A DNA stretch of 60,400 bases from IMG/VR virus record IMGVR_UViG_3300045988_043806. The stretch is one strand, 5' to 3'. This document shows, piece by piece, positions 9,282 through 18,734 of this stretch; position 1 is the stretch's first letter, and every line of letters begins with the position of its first letter. The notes under the pieces are model-generated. The model was not told where the DNA came from and made no database searches. It worked only from the letters and a program-made list of their open reading frames with translations. This DNA comes from a virus. The position numbers and the translations under genes are program-made.

Positions 9282-9845
9282 CTATTCCTCATAAATAAAT
9301 CCGTTGTCTGTAAGGTATATGTATCCGTATGGTTCCGCTATGCATCCATCCGTATCCAGTTTCCCATATACGGCACAAGCATAATATGAGCCGGCATGAA
9401 CTATCCCGGTGCCATCTCCACATTTAATTACGAACCATCTGTATCCGCTGTTCCTCACAACCTCTTCGGCGAACGCTCTGTACTCCTCCTCTGATATTCC
9501 CTTTAAGGTGTCTTTGTCAACCTCAATGTATGCCATCAAGCTATCGCCTACTATTTTGGATTGCAACTCTGCATCAATCAGTGGATTCCCTGTTTCATTT
9601 TTCCCCGGTATGATAACGCTTTCCGGAACTTCCTGCGCACTTTCTTGAGTTTTTGAATCGCTTTCCTGGGTTTTGCATACATTTTCTTCGATTTTGATAA
9701 CATTTTTTGTATTTTCCTGCGTGATTCCATATTTCTGCGCTATCATCTGTTTTCTTTTTTCGGCACTATTCTTGCTTATAGCAAAGGCGGCACATACAAG
9801 TACCGCCACAATTACAAGAACCGCCATTGCTCTTGCTTTCTTCAT
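9282..9845 (-). CDS. membrane-anchored/secreted hypothetical protein
   Basis: Start at MKKARAMAVLVIVAVLVCAAFAI (AAAGGAG RBS). Signal-anchor, Ser/Glu/Thr linker, Cys-containing C-terminal domain. Last gene before the putative attP. Confidence 0.55.
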   Translation of the reverse strand: MKKARAMAVLVIVAVLVCAAFAISKNSAEKRKQMIAQKYGITQENTKNVIKIEENVCKTQESDSKTQESAQEVPESVIIPGKNETGNPLIDAELQSKIVGDSLMAYIEVDKDTLKGISEEEYRAFAEEVVRNSGYRWFVIKCGDGTGIVHAGSYYACAVYGKLDTDGCIAEPYGYIYLTDNGFIYEE

Positions 9846-9859
9846 TCTCTCTGCTCCTT

Positions 9860-10087
9860 TTAAGCTAATATTTTGTAATTTTGGATATGTGATACCCGGA
9901 ACAAACACGTTTTGCATACTCCATAATCATCTGTCAAGAAGTAATAGTTCTTCGGCAAATACAGGTTCGGGTCGTTCCGATATCGTTCATCTCCCGATTT
10001 TCTTAAATATCCCTCGTATTCTGCTCCGTCGAATAGTCTGACCTTTATTCTTCGTCCCAGGTTTTCTTCCAGTGCCTTTCTATTCAT
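9860..10087 (-). CDS. hypothetical protein
   Basis: AGGAGG 6 nt before ATG 10087 (MNRKALEENLGRRIKVRLFDGAEYEGYL...). No confident domain. Confidence 0.5.
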   Translation of the reverse strand: MNRKALEENLGRRIKVRLFDGAEYEGYLRKSGDERYRNDPNLYLPKNYYFLTDDYGVCKTCLFRVSHIQNYKILA

Positions 10088-10352
10088 CCTGCGCCTCCTG
10101 TATTGTTTCTCCTCTGGCATACGCATTGAAAGCATCCTCAAGCCCTATTTTTTCTATCACAACCATCAGACCATATGTAAGTTTTACTAAATCGAACGCT
10201 TTTATATTCAACAGTTCTACGCTTAAATCGTCACTGCCGTTTTTCAGGTCTACACAGCATCCTTGCTGAATTTCTTTCGTGCTCCCATCGTCATACGTTA
10301 CCGTAATCCCTGCAACTTCCTTGTCTTTTTCCTTGATTGTATAATCGTCCAT
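10080..10352 (-). CDS. hypothetical protein
   Basis: 90-aa ORF in operon context. No recognisable domain. Confidence 0.5.
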   Translation of the reverse strand: MDDYTIKEKDKEVAGITVTYDDGSTKEIQQGCCVDLKNGSDDLSVELLNIKAFDLVKLTYGLMVVIEKIGLEDAFNAYARGETIQEAQDE

Positions 10353-10379
10353 CGTTATTCCTCCTGCCTATTTATCCTT

Positions 10380-10619
10380 TTATTTTTTTCGGTAAACTTT
10401 TTTCCTACGCTCCCTGCCTCTCTTGCACTTTATCGGGCAATCAGGCATTCGCCTTTTGTCAGCCTCCCCGGTATCTAGCCGAACTTCACTTCCGGTTATA
10501 TAGCATCCAGCAAATTCTACATCCGCCATTGGAGCCGTCCAAAAAGGACACCATGTGCATGATTCAGGCAGATGCTCCGCCTTAATTTTGAAACCGAATT
10601 TTTCATAATTTGCAAGCAT
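10380..10619 (-). CDS. Cys-rich small hypothetical protein
   Basis: 79 aa with CTWCP...C...CPIKC and a basic tail. Confidence 0.45.
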   Translation of the reverse strand: MLANYEKFGFKIKAEHLPESCTWCPFWTAPMADVEFAGCYITGSEVRLDTGEADKRRMPDCPIKCKRGRERRKKVYRKK

Positions 10620-10639
10620 TGATATTTCTCCTCATAATT

Positions 10640-11053
10640 CTAATTGAACGGTAAGCCGGTATCATCATCTGGGACGCTCATAAAACCATCGCCATTCGGA
10701 GTTGGCATCTGATCGGTTCCCTGTGCTTCGCTACTTCCTTTGCTCTCTGCGAACTCCTGCTCCTCCACTGTTATTTCAGTGGTATATATTTTCTGACCAT
10801 CCTTGTTTGTATAACTTCCTGTTGTGATTCTTCCAGAAATAACAACTTTTGTTCCTTTTCTGAAATACTTCTCGGCAAACTCCGCCTGTTTTCCAAACAC
10901 TACGCAAGGGATGAAATCTGCTGTTTGTTCTCCCTCTCTTTTGAATTTTCTGTCTACCGCAATAGTGTATCTTGCTACTGCTGTATTGTTCCCCTGCGAA
11001 TATCTAACTTCCGGGTCGCGCGTAAGGCGGCCTATCTCGATTGCTTTATTCAT
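10640..11053 (-). CDS. ssb: single-stranded DNA-binding protein
   Basis: 137 aa. OB-fold pattern IGRLTRDPEVRY...ARYTIAVDR...FIPCVVFGKQAE and an acidic C-terminal tip DDDTGLPFN. Confidence 0.9.
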   Translation of the reverse strand: MNKAIEIGRLTRDPEVRYSQGNNTAVARYTIAVDRKFKREGEQTADFIPCVVFGKQAEFAEKYFRKGTKVVISGRITTGSYTNKDGQKIYTTEITVEEQEFAESKGSSEAQGTDQMPTPNGDGFMSVPDDDTGLPFN

Positions 11054-11126
11054 TTTTAGCCTCTCTTTCTTTTACCAGCAACTAACTGATGCACCATATT
11101 TCCGAGCCAGCTTGCGGCTATAACCT

Positions 11127-11714
11127 TTAGTACCCCCCCCCGATTGTAATATAGGCTGTTCTTCTGCTGTTCATCTTTACATCTACAGGACTACCGCAAG
11201 TAAAGCATTTATAAGTAAATTCCGCAGTATTCATATTTGTCATGTACTTAAATTCATTGCCACACTTGCATTTCGTATAAAGCGGTTTAAGGTTTACCAG
11301 TTCCGTTTCTTTGCCACATTCACATTTATAGGACTTGATTTTTTCTTTTGCACAGAATCCTTTTTCCTTTCCGCATTTATCGCATTTGATATACAGGAAC
11401 CCTTTGTATCCGTCAGGATGTTCCATATCCTGCGGCTCTTCGGTTTTCTCTGGTTCTTTCTTCCATCCAGTACCAAACAGGCTGTCATTCCGGCTGTGAG
11501 GCTTTTCCTGCATTCTTTTCACAAATTCTTGTGCTGTGATACTTTCCTTGATTTCCTCTTCCTTTTCAGCTTTGATACCAGTATTATCCTCAACACCGTC
11601 AATCGCTTTGATTTTATTATGGAATCTCACGGCGTTATTAAGAAGTGACATTGTATCCGCATCGTCCATCTGAAATGTATTTTCTCCATATCCACTAATA
11701 ATTTTAACTTCCAT
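11127..11714 (-). CDS. zinc-ribbon-containing hypothetical protein
   Basis: 195 aa with repeated CxxC pairs (CDKCGK, CECGK, CKCGN, CFTCGS). The C-terminal IGGGY is encoded by a G9 tract. Confidence 0.55.
   Translation of the reverse strand: MEVKIISGYGENTFQMDDADTMSLLNNAVRFHNKIKAIDGVEDNTGIKAEKEEEIKESITAQEFVKRMQEKPHSRNDSLFGTGWKKEPEKTEEPQDMEHPDGYKGFLYIKCDKCGKEKGFCAKEKIKSYKCECGKETELVNLKPLYTKCKCGNEFKYMTNMNTAEFTYKCFTCGSPVDVKMNSRRTAYITIGGGY
11133..11141. repeat. C9/G9 homopolymer tract
   Basis: Nine consecutive C on the plus strand, inside the last codons of the 11127..11714 gene. Confidence 0.95.
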
Positions 11715-11725
11715 CTTTTTTCTCC

Positions 11726-12247
11726 TTACTGTCTGTTTTTCTGCAAATCGTAAATAATTCCATTTACCGTATCAACCCACCGTTCCAGTTCTTTCCAGTC
11801 TTTCTGTTCCCCTGCAAAAGGTCCAAGGAGCAGTAGCCTCTCAGATGCAGATAATCCACTCGACTTAAACTTCTTTTCATTTTTCAGCAAATACTCTTCA
11901 CATTTTCTGTAAGTCTCCTCATCAAATGGCTTTCTTTCATGCTCATATGCACTGTATTCAGCCGGACTGCAACCGGCAATCTTTGACATTTCCATCATCG
12001 ATATTTTTGCGTCTTTCCGTAATGCTGCTATGTACCCTGCGTACATTCTTTTTCGGCTGTTCAGATTCTGGATTCTGAATCTTTCCTGCATGGCTTTTGT
12101 TTCTGTAACCTTAATCAGTTGCCGTACTTCGCATTTCTCATTCTCGCAATCATGTACAAAGCCGCTTTTTCCGTTTTCTCCATCCCAAAACCCGACAACG
12201 TGTTTGGTCGGTTCATTGCATCTTTCACATTTTGTATTTAACAGCAT
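11726..12247 (-). CDS. hypothetical protein with N-terminal zinc ribbon and central HTH-like segment
   Basis: 173 aa. CERCNE...CENEKC, then ISMMEMSKIAGCSPAEYSAYEHERK, which resembles an XRE HTH. Confidence 0.5.
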   Translation of the reverse strand: MLLNTKCERCNEPTKHVVGFWDGENGKSGFVHDCENEKCEVRQLIKVTETKAMQERFRIQNLNSRKRMYAGYIAALRKDAKISMMEMSKIAGCSPAEYSAYEHERKPFDEETYRKCEEYLLKNEKKFKSSGLSASERLLLLGPFAGEQKDWKELERWVDTVNGIIYDLQKNRQ

Positions 12248-12250
12248 TTC

Positions 12251-12589
12251 CTAGTCCTCCCTCGGCTTATTCAAAACATCCAGATGCTTTATCAAGCATT
12301 GCACGCATCCTATCTGCTGAAATCCTGGTTTGCATACCATTTCCACCGGTATAGGGCAACTATGAGCATTTGAGATAATGTATTCTGCAAGAGCTTTTTC
12401 TCCGGCTTTCGCCTTTTTCAATCTCTTGTCCGCCGCATCCAGGCGATTATCTACATGACCTATGAAATCTACCATTATCCGCATGGTTTCTTTGCAATAT
12501 TCTTCGTTGATTCGGTATTCCTCATGTGTGAAATCATGCAGGAATAGGTCTATTCGCCGTTTCAACTCATTTTTATTTTTTATATCCAT
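12251..12589 (-). CDS. hypothetical protein
   Basis: 112-aa ORF in operon context. Confidence 0.5.
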   Translation of the reverse strand: MDIKNKNELKRRIDLFLHDFTHEEYRINEEYCKETMRIMVDFIGHVDNRLDAADKRLKKAKAGEKALAEYIISNAHSCPIPVEMVCKPGFQQIGCVQCLIKHLDVLNKPRED

Positions 12590-12701
12590 CTTTTCTGTGC
12601 CTCCTGCATTTTACAGAACACTTGCGGCAGCAATATTTCTTTCCTGGAATATCCGTCTGAAATATCTTCCTGCAATACAAGCACTTTCTTTCCTCCATCT
12701 T

Positions 12702-13289
12702 CTAGCCTCCACTCATATCGAATAGGTCAAATAACGTAAGCTGTCCGGTAGGCAGTACCTTTTCTTTGGGAATCTCTTTCAGGTATTCCTCAATCTGTTT
12801 GCGACAATATTTAAAACTGTCCTGGTATCTTTCCGGGCGTTCGTGCCGCCTCATTCCGACATAATCATTCCCATTGATAAAACTCTGCAATCCTGTAATA
12901 TATCCCATGACCGCACCGATATGGCACTGTTCTTTTTGCCTTTCGTTCAACTTCCCAAGATTCTGCATGATAAAAATATAATTTTCATCTGCCTTATAAA
13001 CCAAGAGAGAGCTTTTAGCATTTTCCCTGATTTCATCCATCCTCGCCATATAATAATTGTCTACCTGCGGCGGTGTTTCTCTGAAATATTCTTTCGGGTA
13101 GTCCTTTTCTTCCAACTCCTCCTGGCACTTCCGCTTGTCATATATGATATGGTTCCGCACAATGTTCATGTTGAAGCCATCTTCATATAATGGGTCGCTG
13201 CCTCCATGCGTGTTGAGATATTCCCATCTTTGAAAATCTTTCTGCAAATTTTCCTGCAATTCCTCTGCTCTCGTCCTTTTCTTCGCCAT
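12702..13289 (-). CDS. hypothetical protein
   Basis: Start taken at MAKKRTRAEEL (13289). No recognisable domain. Confidence 0.5.
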   Translation of the reverse strand: MAKKRTRAEELQENLQKDFQRWEYLNTHGGSDPLYEDGFNMNIVRNHIIYDKRKCQEELEEKDYPKEYFRETPPQVDNYYMARMDEIRENAKSSLLVYKADENYIFIMQNLGKLNERQKEQCHIGAVMGYITGLQSFINGNDYVGMRRHERPERYQDSFKYCRKQIEEYLKEIPKEKVLPTGQLTLFDLFDMSGG

Positions 13290-13313
13290 TCTGCGCCTCT
13301 TTTCTATCCCCTC

Positions 13314-13335
13314 CCCGGCATCCATGGGTGCCGGG
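13314..13335 (-). promoter_or_regulatory. DGR target-recognition hairpin downstream of VR2
   Basis: Coding-strand CCCGGCA-CCCATGGA-TGCCGGG about 20 nt past the stop codon. Near-identical to the hairpin at 28166..28187 downstream of VR1. Confidence 0.6.
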
Positions 13336-13355
13336 ATGAGAAGATTGATAGATTT

Positions 13356-14222
13356 CTATGCAATGGTACAAGCCGGAGCGCAGCGATAAGCCCAGTTCGC
13401 GCCGTTGTAGTCGACGTAACCATCGGAGTGCACACACCACGTACGGTTCGAGGTGCTCCGAGAAGCCGAGCGGGTCCAGTGTCGGCAGGTGTTGCCATCC
13501 TCTGTGAATTTCACTCTGTTCGCCTTATTTTCATAAAATTCGTATGGTGTTTCCTCCGGGTCGAACTCCTCTTTTGAGAGTAGGAAAAACAAATCTTCTG
13601 TCTGTTCTCCATTGCTGTTGTTTTTCTTCACTTTTGCCAGGTAAGGAATGAGGTCTGCAAATCTTTCTTTGAACTCATCACTCTGTAAATATTCTCTCAG
13701 CTCGGAATCCGCCCATACATTACTGCCGTAATCTCCTTTTGTATCGAACTCTCTCGCCTCAATCGCTACATGAGCCTGGATTGTCATGCTATGGTCAAGC
13801 GTTTTGTCCGCAAGTTCCTCCACATCAAAGCCGATAACATCGTATGGAACCTCTTTTCCGTCAAACATAATCCAGATTGTATCTCCAACCGAAACATGGT
13901 TCTGGATTTCTCCGTTTCTAATAAGTGCTCTTAATTCATCCAGCGTAAATGTTTTCTTGTATTTATGTGTGATGTTCAGCTCTTTTCCGGTATCTTTTGA
14001 CTTTTCATGCTCCTGGTCCGAATCCACACCAGGCATGGCGCAGTTGCAAAATGGATGCAACGGTTCTGCGCATACTGCCTCTGCTAATTTCTGTGCCGTT
14101 TCGTTTACTCTTCCTGCCGCAAATTCCAGAAACGCATCTCTTTCCCTCTTGATAAACTTCTTGCTGCCTACTGCCTCCATACGGAATCCGTATGCACTTA
14201 ATCTGATTGAATTGATACTCAT
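13356..14222 (-). CDS. DGR variable protein 2 (C-type-lectin-fold/DUF6273-like, non-structural context)
   Basis: AGGAGG RBS before ATG 14222. The C-terminus WTRSASRSTSNRTWCVHSDGYVDYNGANWAYRCAPACTIA aligns to the TR with adenine-only differences. No signal peptide seen. Confidence 0.8.
   Translation of the reverse strand: MSINSIRLSAYGFRMEAVGSKKFIKRERDAFLEFAAGRVNETAQKLAEAVCAEPLHPFCNCAMPGVDSDQEHEKSKDTGKELNITHKYKKTFTLDELRALIRNGEIQNHVSVGDTIWIMFDGKEVPYDVIGFDVEELADKTLDHSMTIQAHVAIEAREFDTKGDYGSNVWADSELREYLQSDEFKERFADLIPYLAKVKKNNSNGEQTEDLFFLLSKEEFDPEETPYEFYENKANRVKFTEDGNTCRHWTRSASRSTSNRTWCVHSDGYVDYNGANWAYRCAPACTIA
13368..13472 (-). repeat. DGR variable region VR2 (105 nt)
   Basis: Aligns codon for codon with TR 27564..27668. 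All 14 mismatches are at TR adenines. Confidence 0.85.
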
Positions 14223-14238
14223 TCTTTTTGTCCTCCTG

Positions 14239-14550
14239 TTATTCGATATGTTTTGTTTCTCCTGCAAAGCAATTTCCGCAGAACCGGTATATGCCTTTCT
14301 CCACCCTTTCAAAAGTCGGGAAAGTGTCACGCTCCGTTCCCATCTCATCGTCCATCACTCTGCTGTATGGCGCACCCACCTGCAAGTATCCATCTCTGTA
14401 TATTCTTGGTGTTGTGACATCCATAAAATATATGAATACGCTTTCATCCACCAGGTCACCCGGTTTCGCATAATCATACCAGCTATATTGGCAATTACCG
14501 TTTGCCTCTCTTTCCCAGTCTTTCATGGTCTTGAGCTTTCTCCGATGCAT
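14239..14550 (-). CDS. hypothetical protein
   Basis: ORF in operon context. The start is uncertain (14550 or 14526). No confident domain. Confidence 0.45.
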   Translation of the reverse strand: MHRRKLKTMKDWEREANGNCQYSWYDYAKPGDLVDESVFIYFMDVTTPRIYRDGYLQVGAPYSRVMDDEMGTERDTFPTFERVEKGIYRFCGNCFAGETKHIE

Positions 14551-14764
14551 TTTCAGCCGCCTTTCTGTATTCACTTACTATGTAGCTGTCCGCATGGAAT
14601 CCGTTCAGGATATTAACTGCCTGTAATTCCGTTATTCCGCATCGGTTCTGTAACTCAATTCTTAATTCTCTTCGCTCCCTTATGTCCTGCCCTGCTGTGT
14701 CCGGCAGAGCTTTTGCACGTTTCCGGTATTCTTCTACAATCGCCCTTGTCAAAAGTTCTGCCAT
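14495..14764 (-). CDS. hypothetical protein
   Basis: AGGAGG before ATG 14764 (MAELLTRAIVEEYRKRAK...). Resembles small proteins seen in Firmicutes mobile elements, but the family was not confirmed. Confidence 0.45.
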   Translation of the reverse strand: MAELLTRAIVEEYRKRAKALPDTAGQDIRERRELRIELQNRCGITELQAVNILNGFHADSYIVSEYRKAAENASEKAQDHERLGKRGKR

Positions 14765-14778
14765 ACCTCTGTTACCTC

Positions 14779-15702
14779 CTATACGCCCGAAGCAGACGTT
14801 TTCTGTAATTCTGTGATAACTTCTTTCAAAGCATATTTGCCATTCGTTGTAAGCTGCCTCTGCCAGCATCCATTCTTCGGTGACCATCTGAAACCATGTT
14901 TTTTTACAATATCCCCTGTTTCTTCATCCGGTTTTCCATCAAAGAAAAGCTGTAATCTCATAAGGTCTGTATTTTCTACCACTTTGAAGAAATCGTTCTC
15001 TGTTTCCTTAGTTCCTGCCTCTTTTGCCTTTTTCAGTCTTTCCAGTCTTGCCTTGGTATTTTTGATTTTTGCATTATTGTTTGAAAGCTGATACCCTGCG
15101 AATGGTGCATCGCTCAAATGCCAACTTTCTGACATAGCCTTTTTCAATTCTTCCTGCTGTGAAACGGAAAGTTCCGGGCATCCCTCGACTGTTTTGTGCT
15201 TTCTCCAATATGCATTGACCGCTTTCATTCTGTCCTGAAGCTCTGTAAGGCTTTCCAGCTTTTCCTCCAACATCTCAATGGCCTGTGCGTCCCCGGATAA
15301 AATCGGCTGGTTCATTGTGAGCAGATTTGTAATCTTCTTTGCATAGGATTCCAGGCTGTTCCACTCCTGCATGAGTGAATCCCTGCGGCTGTTCTGCTTG
15401 TTCTTTTTCTTAACCGAGAAGTTACCGGCTCCAGAAATCAGAACTGACGGACAGCTCGCTTCGTTTCTGTAGTAGGAATTGTAGTATTCCGCCAGCTTTT
15501 TGCTGTATCTCCCTGCCATTCTCTCTGCCTTTTCAGCAAGGTTCGGTCTTTTCTGTTTGATTTTCTCAACAACCGCATAGACACTCTCCACTCGCTTGCG
15601 GTATTCCTCTGTTGCGCTGCCCTGCTTATAATCACTCATTGAATTGGCATCGTTGGCGGCTCTTGCCATATCCTCGCTGATTGTATAGAACTGAATCTCC
15701 AT
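14779..15702 (-). CDS. DUF3560-like protein
   Basis: 307 aa. C-terminal MRLQLFFDGKPDEETGDIVKKHGFRWSPKNGCWQRQL motif, typical of DUF3560 proteins of plasmids, ICEs and phages (recalled from memory, not searched). Confidence 0.5.
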   Translation of the reverse strand: MEIQFYTISEDMARAANDANSMSDYKQGSATEEYRKRVESVYAVVEKIKQKRPNLAEKAERMAGRYSKKLAEYYNSYYRNEASCPSVLISGAGNFSVKKKNKQNSRRDSLMQEWNSLESYAKKITNLLTMNQPILSGDAQAIEMLEEKLESLTELQDRMKAVNAYWRKHKTVEGCPELSVSQQEELKKAMSESWHLSDAPFAGYQLSNNNAKIKNTKARLERLKKAKEAGTKETENDFFKVVENTDLMRLQLFFDGKPDEETGDIVKKHGFRWSPKNGCWQRQLTTNGKYALKEVITELQKTSASGV

Positions 15703-15959
15703 TATTCGTCCTCCTCCATTTTTAAGATTGTTCTGTGCTCATATTTCATCGTTGCCTGTGAATCTTTGAACTTTGAAAACTCCCAATCTGAATTGTAAGG
15801 ATGGAAGTTAAGGTATCCATCACTGCCAACTGATATGCTCGCTGACATTTCCTCGCCATTCCCTTTTAATGCCTCCTGAATTGCTTTCAGGTGCGGATAT
15901 ACTGCTTTGCATAATTCCTCGAACTGTTTCTCTGTCATTTCAATTTTTTCTTTGCTCAT
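15702..15959 (-). CDS. hypothetical protein
   Basis: 85-aa ORF, start-stop coupled to the next gene. Confidence 0.5.
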   Translation of the reverse strand: MSKEKIEMTEKQFEELCKAVYPHLKAIQEALKGNGEEMSASISVGSDGYLNFHPYNSDWEFSKFKDSQATMKYEHRTILKMEEDE

Positions 15960-15976
15960 TTTTGTGAGTTCCTTTC

Positions 15977-16216
15977 TTATTCTGCTGTTGCGTGGAAGAA
16001 CATTCTTTCCGCTTCCTCTGCTCCCTCTTCCGCATCCATGATACCGGCTGCCATCTCATTCAGGATTGAGCCAACATACAATGCCTGTAATGCTTTTCCT
16101 GTCTGAATCAAAATCATCTGTACGCCGTTGTTTTCCTTGGCTGTAGCGGTTGCCCCTGTTCCATATAACCTGTTTTCGACTGCATTCATAAGCTCTTTGA
16201 ATAATCCCATCTTCAT
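15977..16216 (-). CDS. hypothetical protein
   Basis: 79-aa ORF. AAGGAGG RBS. First gene after promoter cassette P1. Confidence 0.5.
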   Translation of the reverse strand: MKMGLFKELMNAVENRLYGTGATATAKENNGVQMILIQTGKALQALYVGSILNEMAAGIMDAEEGAEEAERMFFHATAE

Positions 16217-16231
16217 GCCTCCTTGTGTTGT

Positions 16232-16287
16232 AACTCACTATATTGAGTTGTTTGAGTATATACTAACACGTAGTAGGTAGGTGTCAA
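16232..16287 (-). promoter_or_regulatory. promoter cassette P1 (-35 TTGACA, -10 TAGTAT) with downstream inverted repeat
   Basis: Minus strand TTGACA(16287..16282)-N16-TAGTAT(16265..16260), then AACTCA-N6-TGAGTT (16232..16249). About 40 nt are near-identical to P2 and similar to P3. Confidence 0.6.
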
Positions 16288-16320
16288 TACCTTTATTCAC
16301 AAAATCTCAATTTTTTGAGT

Positions 16321-16641
16321 TTACTTTTCAGGTGGTACTATTTCGAGAGAATATCCCATAGAATTTATGACGTGCTCAATAATTATGAATCTTGCAGAAT
16401 CATCCTCTGTATCAGCCGCTATATCTTCCAGCTTTGTTATATCCGGCTTTCCATCCTGCGTCAGTTTAATTTCAAAACCAAGACCGTCCGCAATTTTTTT
16501 GATTGTTCCATAGGTTGGTGATACTCCCACATTCAGTTTGTACCACAGATTCTGCCTAGTCCATCCGATACGTTTTGCCGCCTCCTCGTATGTGATACCA
16601 TTATCGAGCATATACTGCTTGAATTTTTCTATAATATCCAC
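16321..16641 (-). CDS. HTH DNA-binding protein (candidate regulator of the repeated promoters)
   Basis: 106 aa. HTH at ITYEEAAKRIGWTRQNLWYKLN. Last gene of the P2 operon. Confidence 0.6.
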   Translation of the reverse strand: MDIIEKFKQYMLDNGITYEEAAKRIGWTRQNLWYKLNVGVSPTYGTIKKIADGLGFEIKLTQDGKPDITKLEDIAADTEDDSARFIIIEHVINSMGYSLEIVPPEK

Positions 16642-16644
16642 TGC

Positions 16645-16839
16645 CTACACCTCCACAAAATTGAATTTTGGATGTTTCTTTCGCTCCTCGCATTTCTGGA
16701 ACCACTCCTGCACCTTTTCTGCACAGAAATCTTTCCCGGCTGTATATTTCCCACTCGAAAAAATAATGCCACTTTCACTGTCAATTTCGTGAATCCAGTA
16801 CACATATCCCCCCATAATTCGGTTGTACTGAAATTTCAT
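16645..16839 (-). CDS. hypothetical protein
   Basis: 64-aa ORF. Overlaps the upstream ORF by 59 nt. Confidence 0.4.
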   Translation of the reverse strand: MKFQYNRIMGGYVYWIHEIDSESGIIFSSGKYTAGKDFCAEKVQEWFQKCEERKKHPKFNFVEV

Positions 16840-17026
16840 ACCACTTTCCGAATCTATCGGTCGGAAATGTCAAGAAATCGCATCCCGGCTTTTTGGTGTA
16901 GTCAAGCTGCATCTGGTCGAATATCCAATCTGCCAATTCGTCCAGATTTTCAAACGTCTTGTCGAACGCTTTCTGGTTATAATCGTTATAATACTTTACG
17001 ATTTTTGCTGTTATCATTACGCACAT
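16781..17026 (-). CDS. hypothetical protein
   Basis: 81-aa ORF. The C-terminal part overlaps the next ORF, so a frameshift relationship is possible. Confidence 0.4.
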   Translation of the reverse strand: MCVMITAKIVKYYNDYNQKAFDKTFENLDELADWIFDQMQLDYTKKPGCDFLTFPTDRFGKWYEISVQPNYGGICVLDSRN

Positions 17027-17316
17027 TCCTCCTGGTATTTATATTTTATGCCCTGCATATTCTCTTCCCATTTGGCAGACTCGGGCGTTAATTTTACGAA
17101 CTGTTCTACAATCTCTAACAGTTCATCTTCGTCCAGTTCCGCCATCGGGCAGCCGTATTTGCTTTCCAACTCTTCCTGCTCCTCATCCAGGAACAGATAG
17201 TCCTCTCTCAATGGCGGCGGCTCTTCATCATCCCACTGGCTCCGCCTGCGTGGTGGGTTTTCAAATTCTTCTCGCCTGCGCTCCCAGTATTCGTCCTTAT
17301 CCGGTATATTCCACAC
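17017..17316 (-). CDS. hypothetical acidic protein
   Basis: GTG start at 17316, 6 nt after AAGGAGG. The longer track ORF (to 17436) would overlap the upstream gene by 119 nt. Confidence 0.45.
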   Translation of the reverse strand: MWNIPDKDEYWERRREEFENPPRRRSQWDDEEPPPLREDYLFLDEEQEELESKYGCPMAELDEDELLEIVEQFVKLTPESAKWEENMQGIKYKYQEECA

Positions 17317-17317
17317 T

Positions 17318-18072
<755 letters not shown>

Positions 18073-18105
18073 GCTTCTGCCCTCCCTCCATTCTGTATCT
18101 GCCTC

Positions 18106-18618
18106 TTAATCGAGGCAGACTTCCTGTGAAATTGTGTACTGTTCTTTTAATTTATCGAACGCTTTATTGGTTACTCGGTATTCGTTCCAGCCTACCCGGT
18201 AATGCCCCGGTGTGCAGAAATCCTTATCCGTATATTTTTTCAGGAATGTAATTCCCCGGCCTTTGATTTCCAGTGGCGTATCAATAAACCAATGACCGCC
18301 ATAATATCCCCGGCTCGCCTCCATCTGGCAATCAGGCTTTGCGCCTCCCATCTCCGGCGTATACTGATACACCCCAGGTTCGGTTGCCTCCTGCGACTCC
18401 TGCTTTTCTGGCTGTGTCAGCTCCAGGCGTTTTCCTCTGCCAATCCTGCGAAGAGTGTACATCTCTTTTTCAGAAATATATCCTTTCTGAAAAAGCTGTT
18501 CTACGCTTTCAAGATAGAAATTGCAGGATTCTAAAGAATCGCAAATCTCAAATAACTGAATCAGATTGTTATAACCGTTGCTATGTTGTACCGGAAACTG
18601 GATAATCTGTGCTGCCAT
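18106..18618 (-). CDS. hypothetical protein
   Basis: 170-aa ORF. AGGAGG RBS. First gene after promoter cassette P2. Confidence 0.55.
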   Translation of the reverse strand: MAAQIIQFPVQHSNGYNNLIQLFEICDSLESCNFYLESVEQLFQKGYISEKEMYTLRRIGRGKRLELTQPEKQESQEATEPGVYQYTPEMGGAKPDCQMEASRGYYGGHWFIDTPLEIKGRGITFLKKYTDKDFCTPGHYRVGWNEYRVTNKAFDKLKEQYTISQEVCLD

Positions 18619-18653
18619 GATTTTGACCTCCTACTCACTTTTGTGTGTTTCAT

Positions 18654-18700
18654 AACTCGTTCTTATGAGTTTAATATAACACGTAGTAGGTAGGTGTCAA
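18654..18700 (-). promoter_or_regulatory. promoter cassette P2 (-35 TTGACA, extended -10 TGTTATATT) with inverted repeat
   Basis: TTGACA(18700..18695)-N16-TATATT(18678..18673), immediately followed by AACTC-N8-GAGTT (18654..18671). Confidence 0.6.
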
Positions 18701-18734
18701 TACCTTTATTTACAAAAAGCTCAAAAAATGAGTT

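Noticed and set aside
13206-13577. Plus-strand ORFs at 13206..13577, 27507..27812 and 28087..28479 share a peptide (…ISPVRAVVVDVTIGVH.PRTVRGAP.SRA…) and look like a small paralogous family.
   Set aside because: They are antisense read-through of VR2, the TR and VR1. The similarity only reflects the DGR repeats, and each lies inside a stronger minus-strand gene or element.
13786-14616. 276-aa plus-strand ORF.
   Set aside because: It is antisense to three well-supported minus-strand genes. Its composition is low-complexity and Ser/Phe/Leu-rich, and it has no RBS. It is a shadow ORF.
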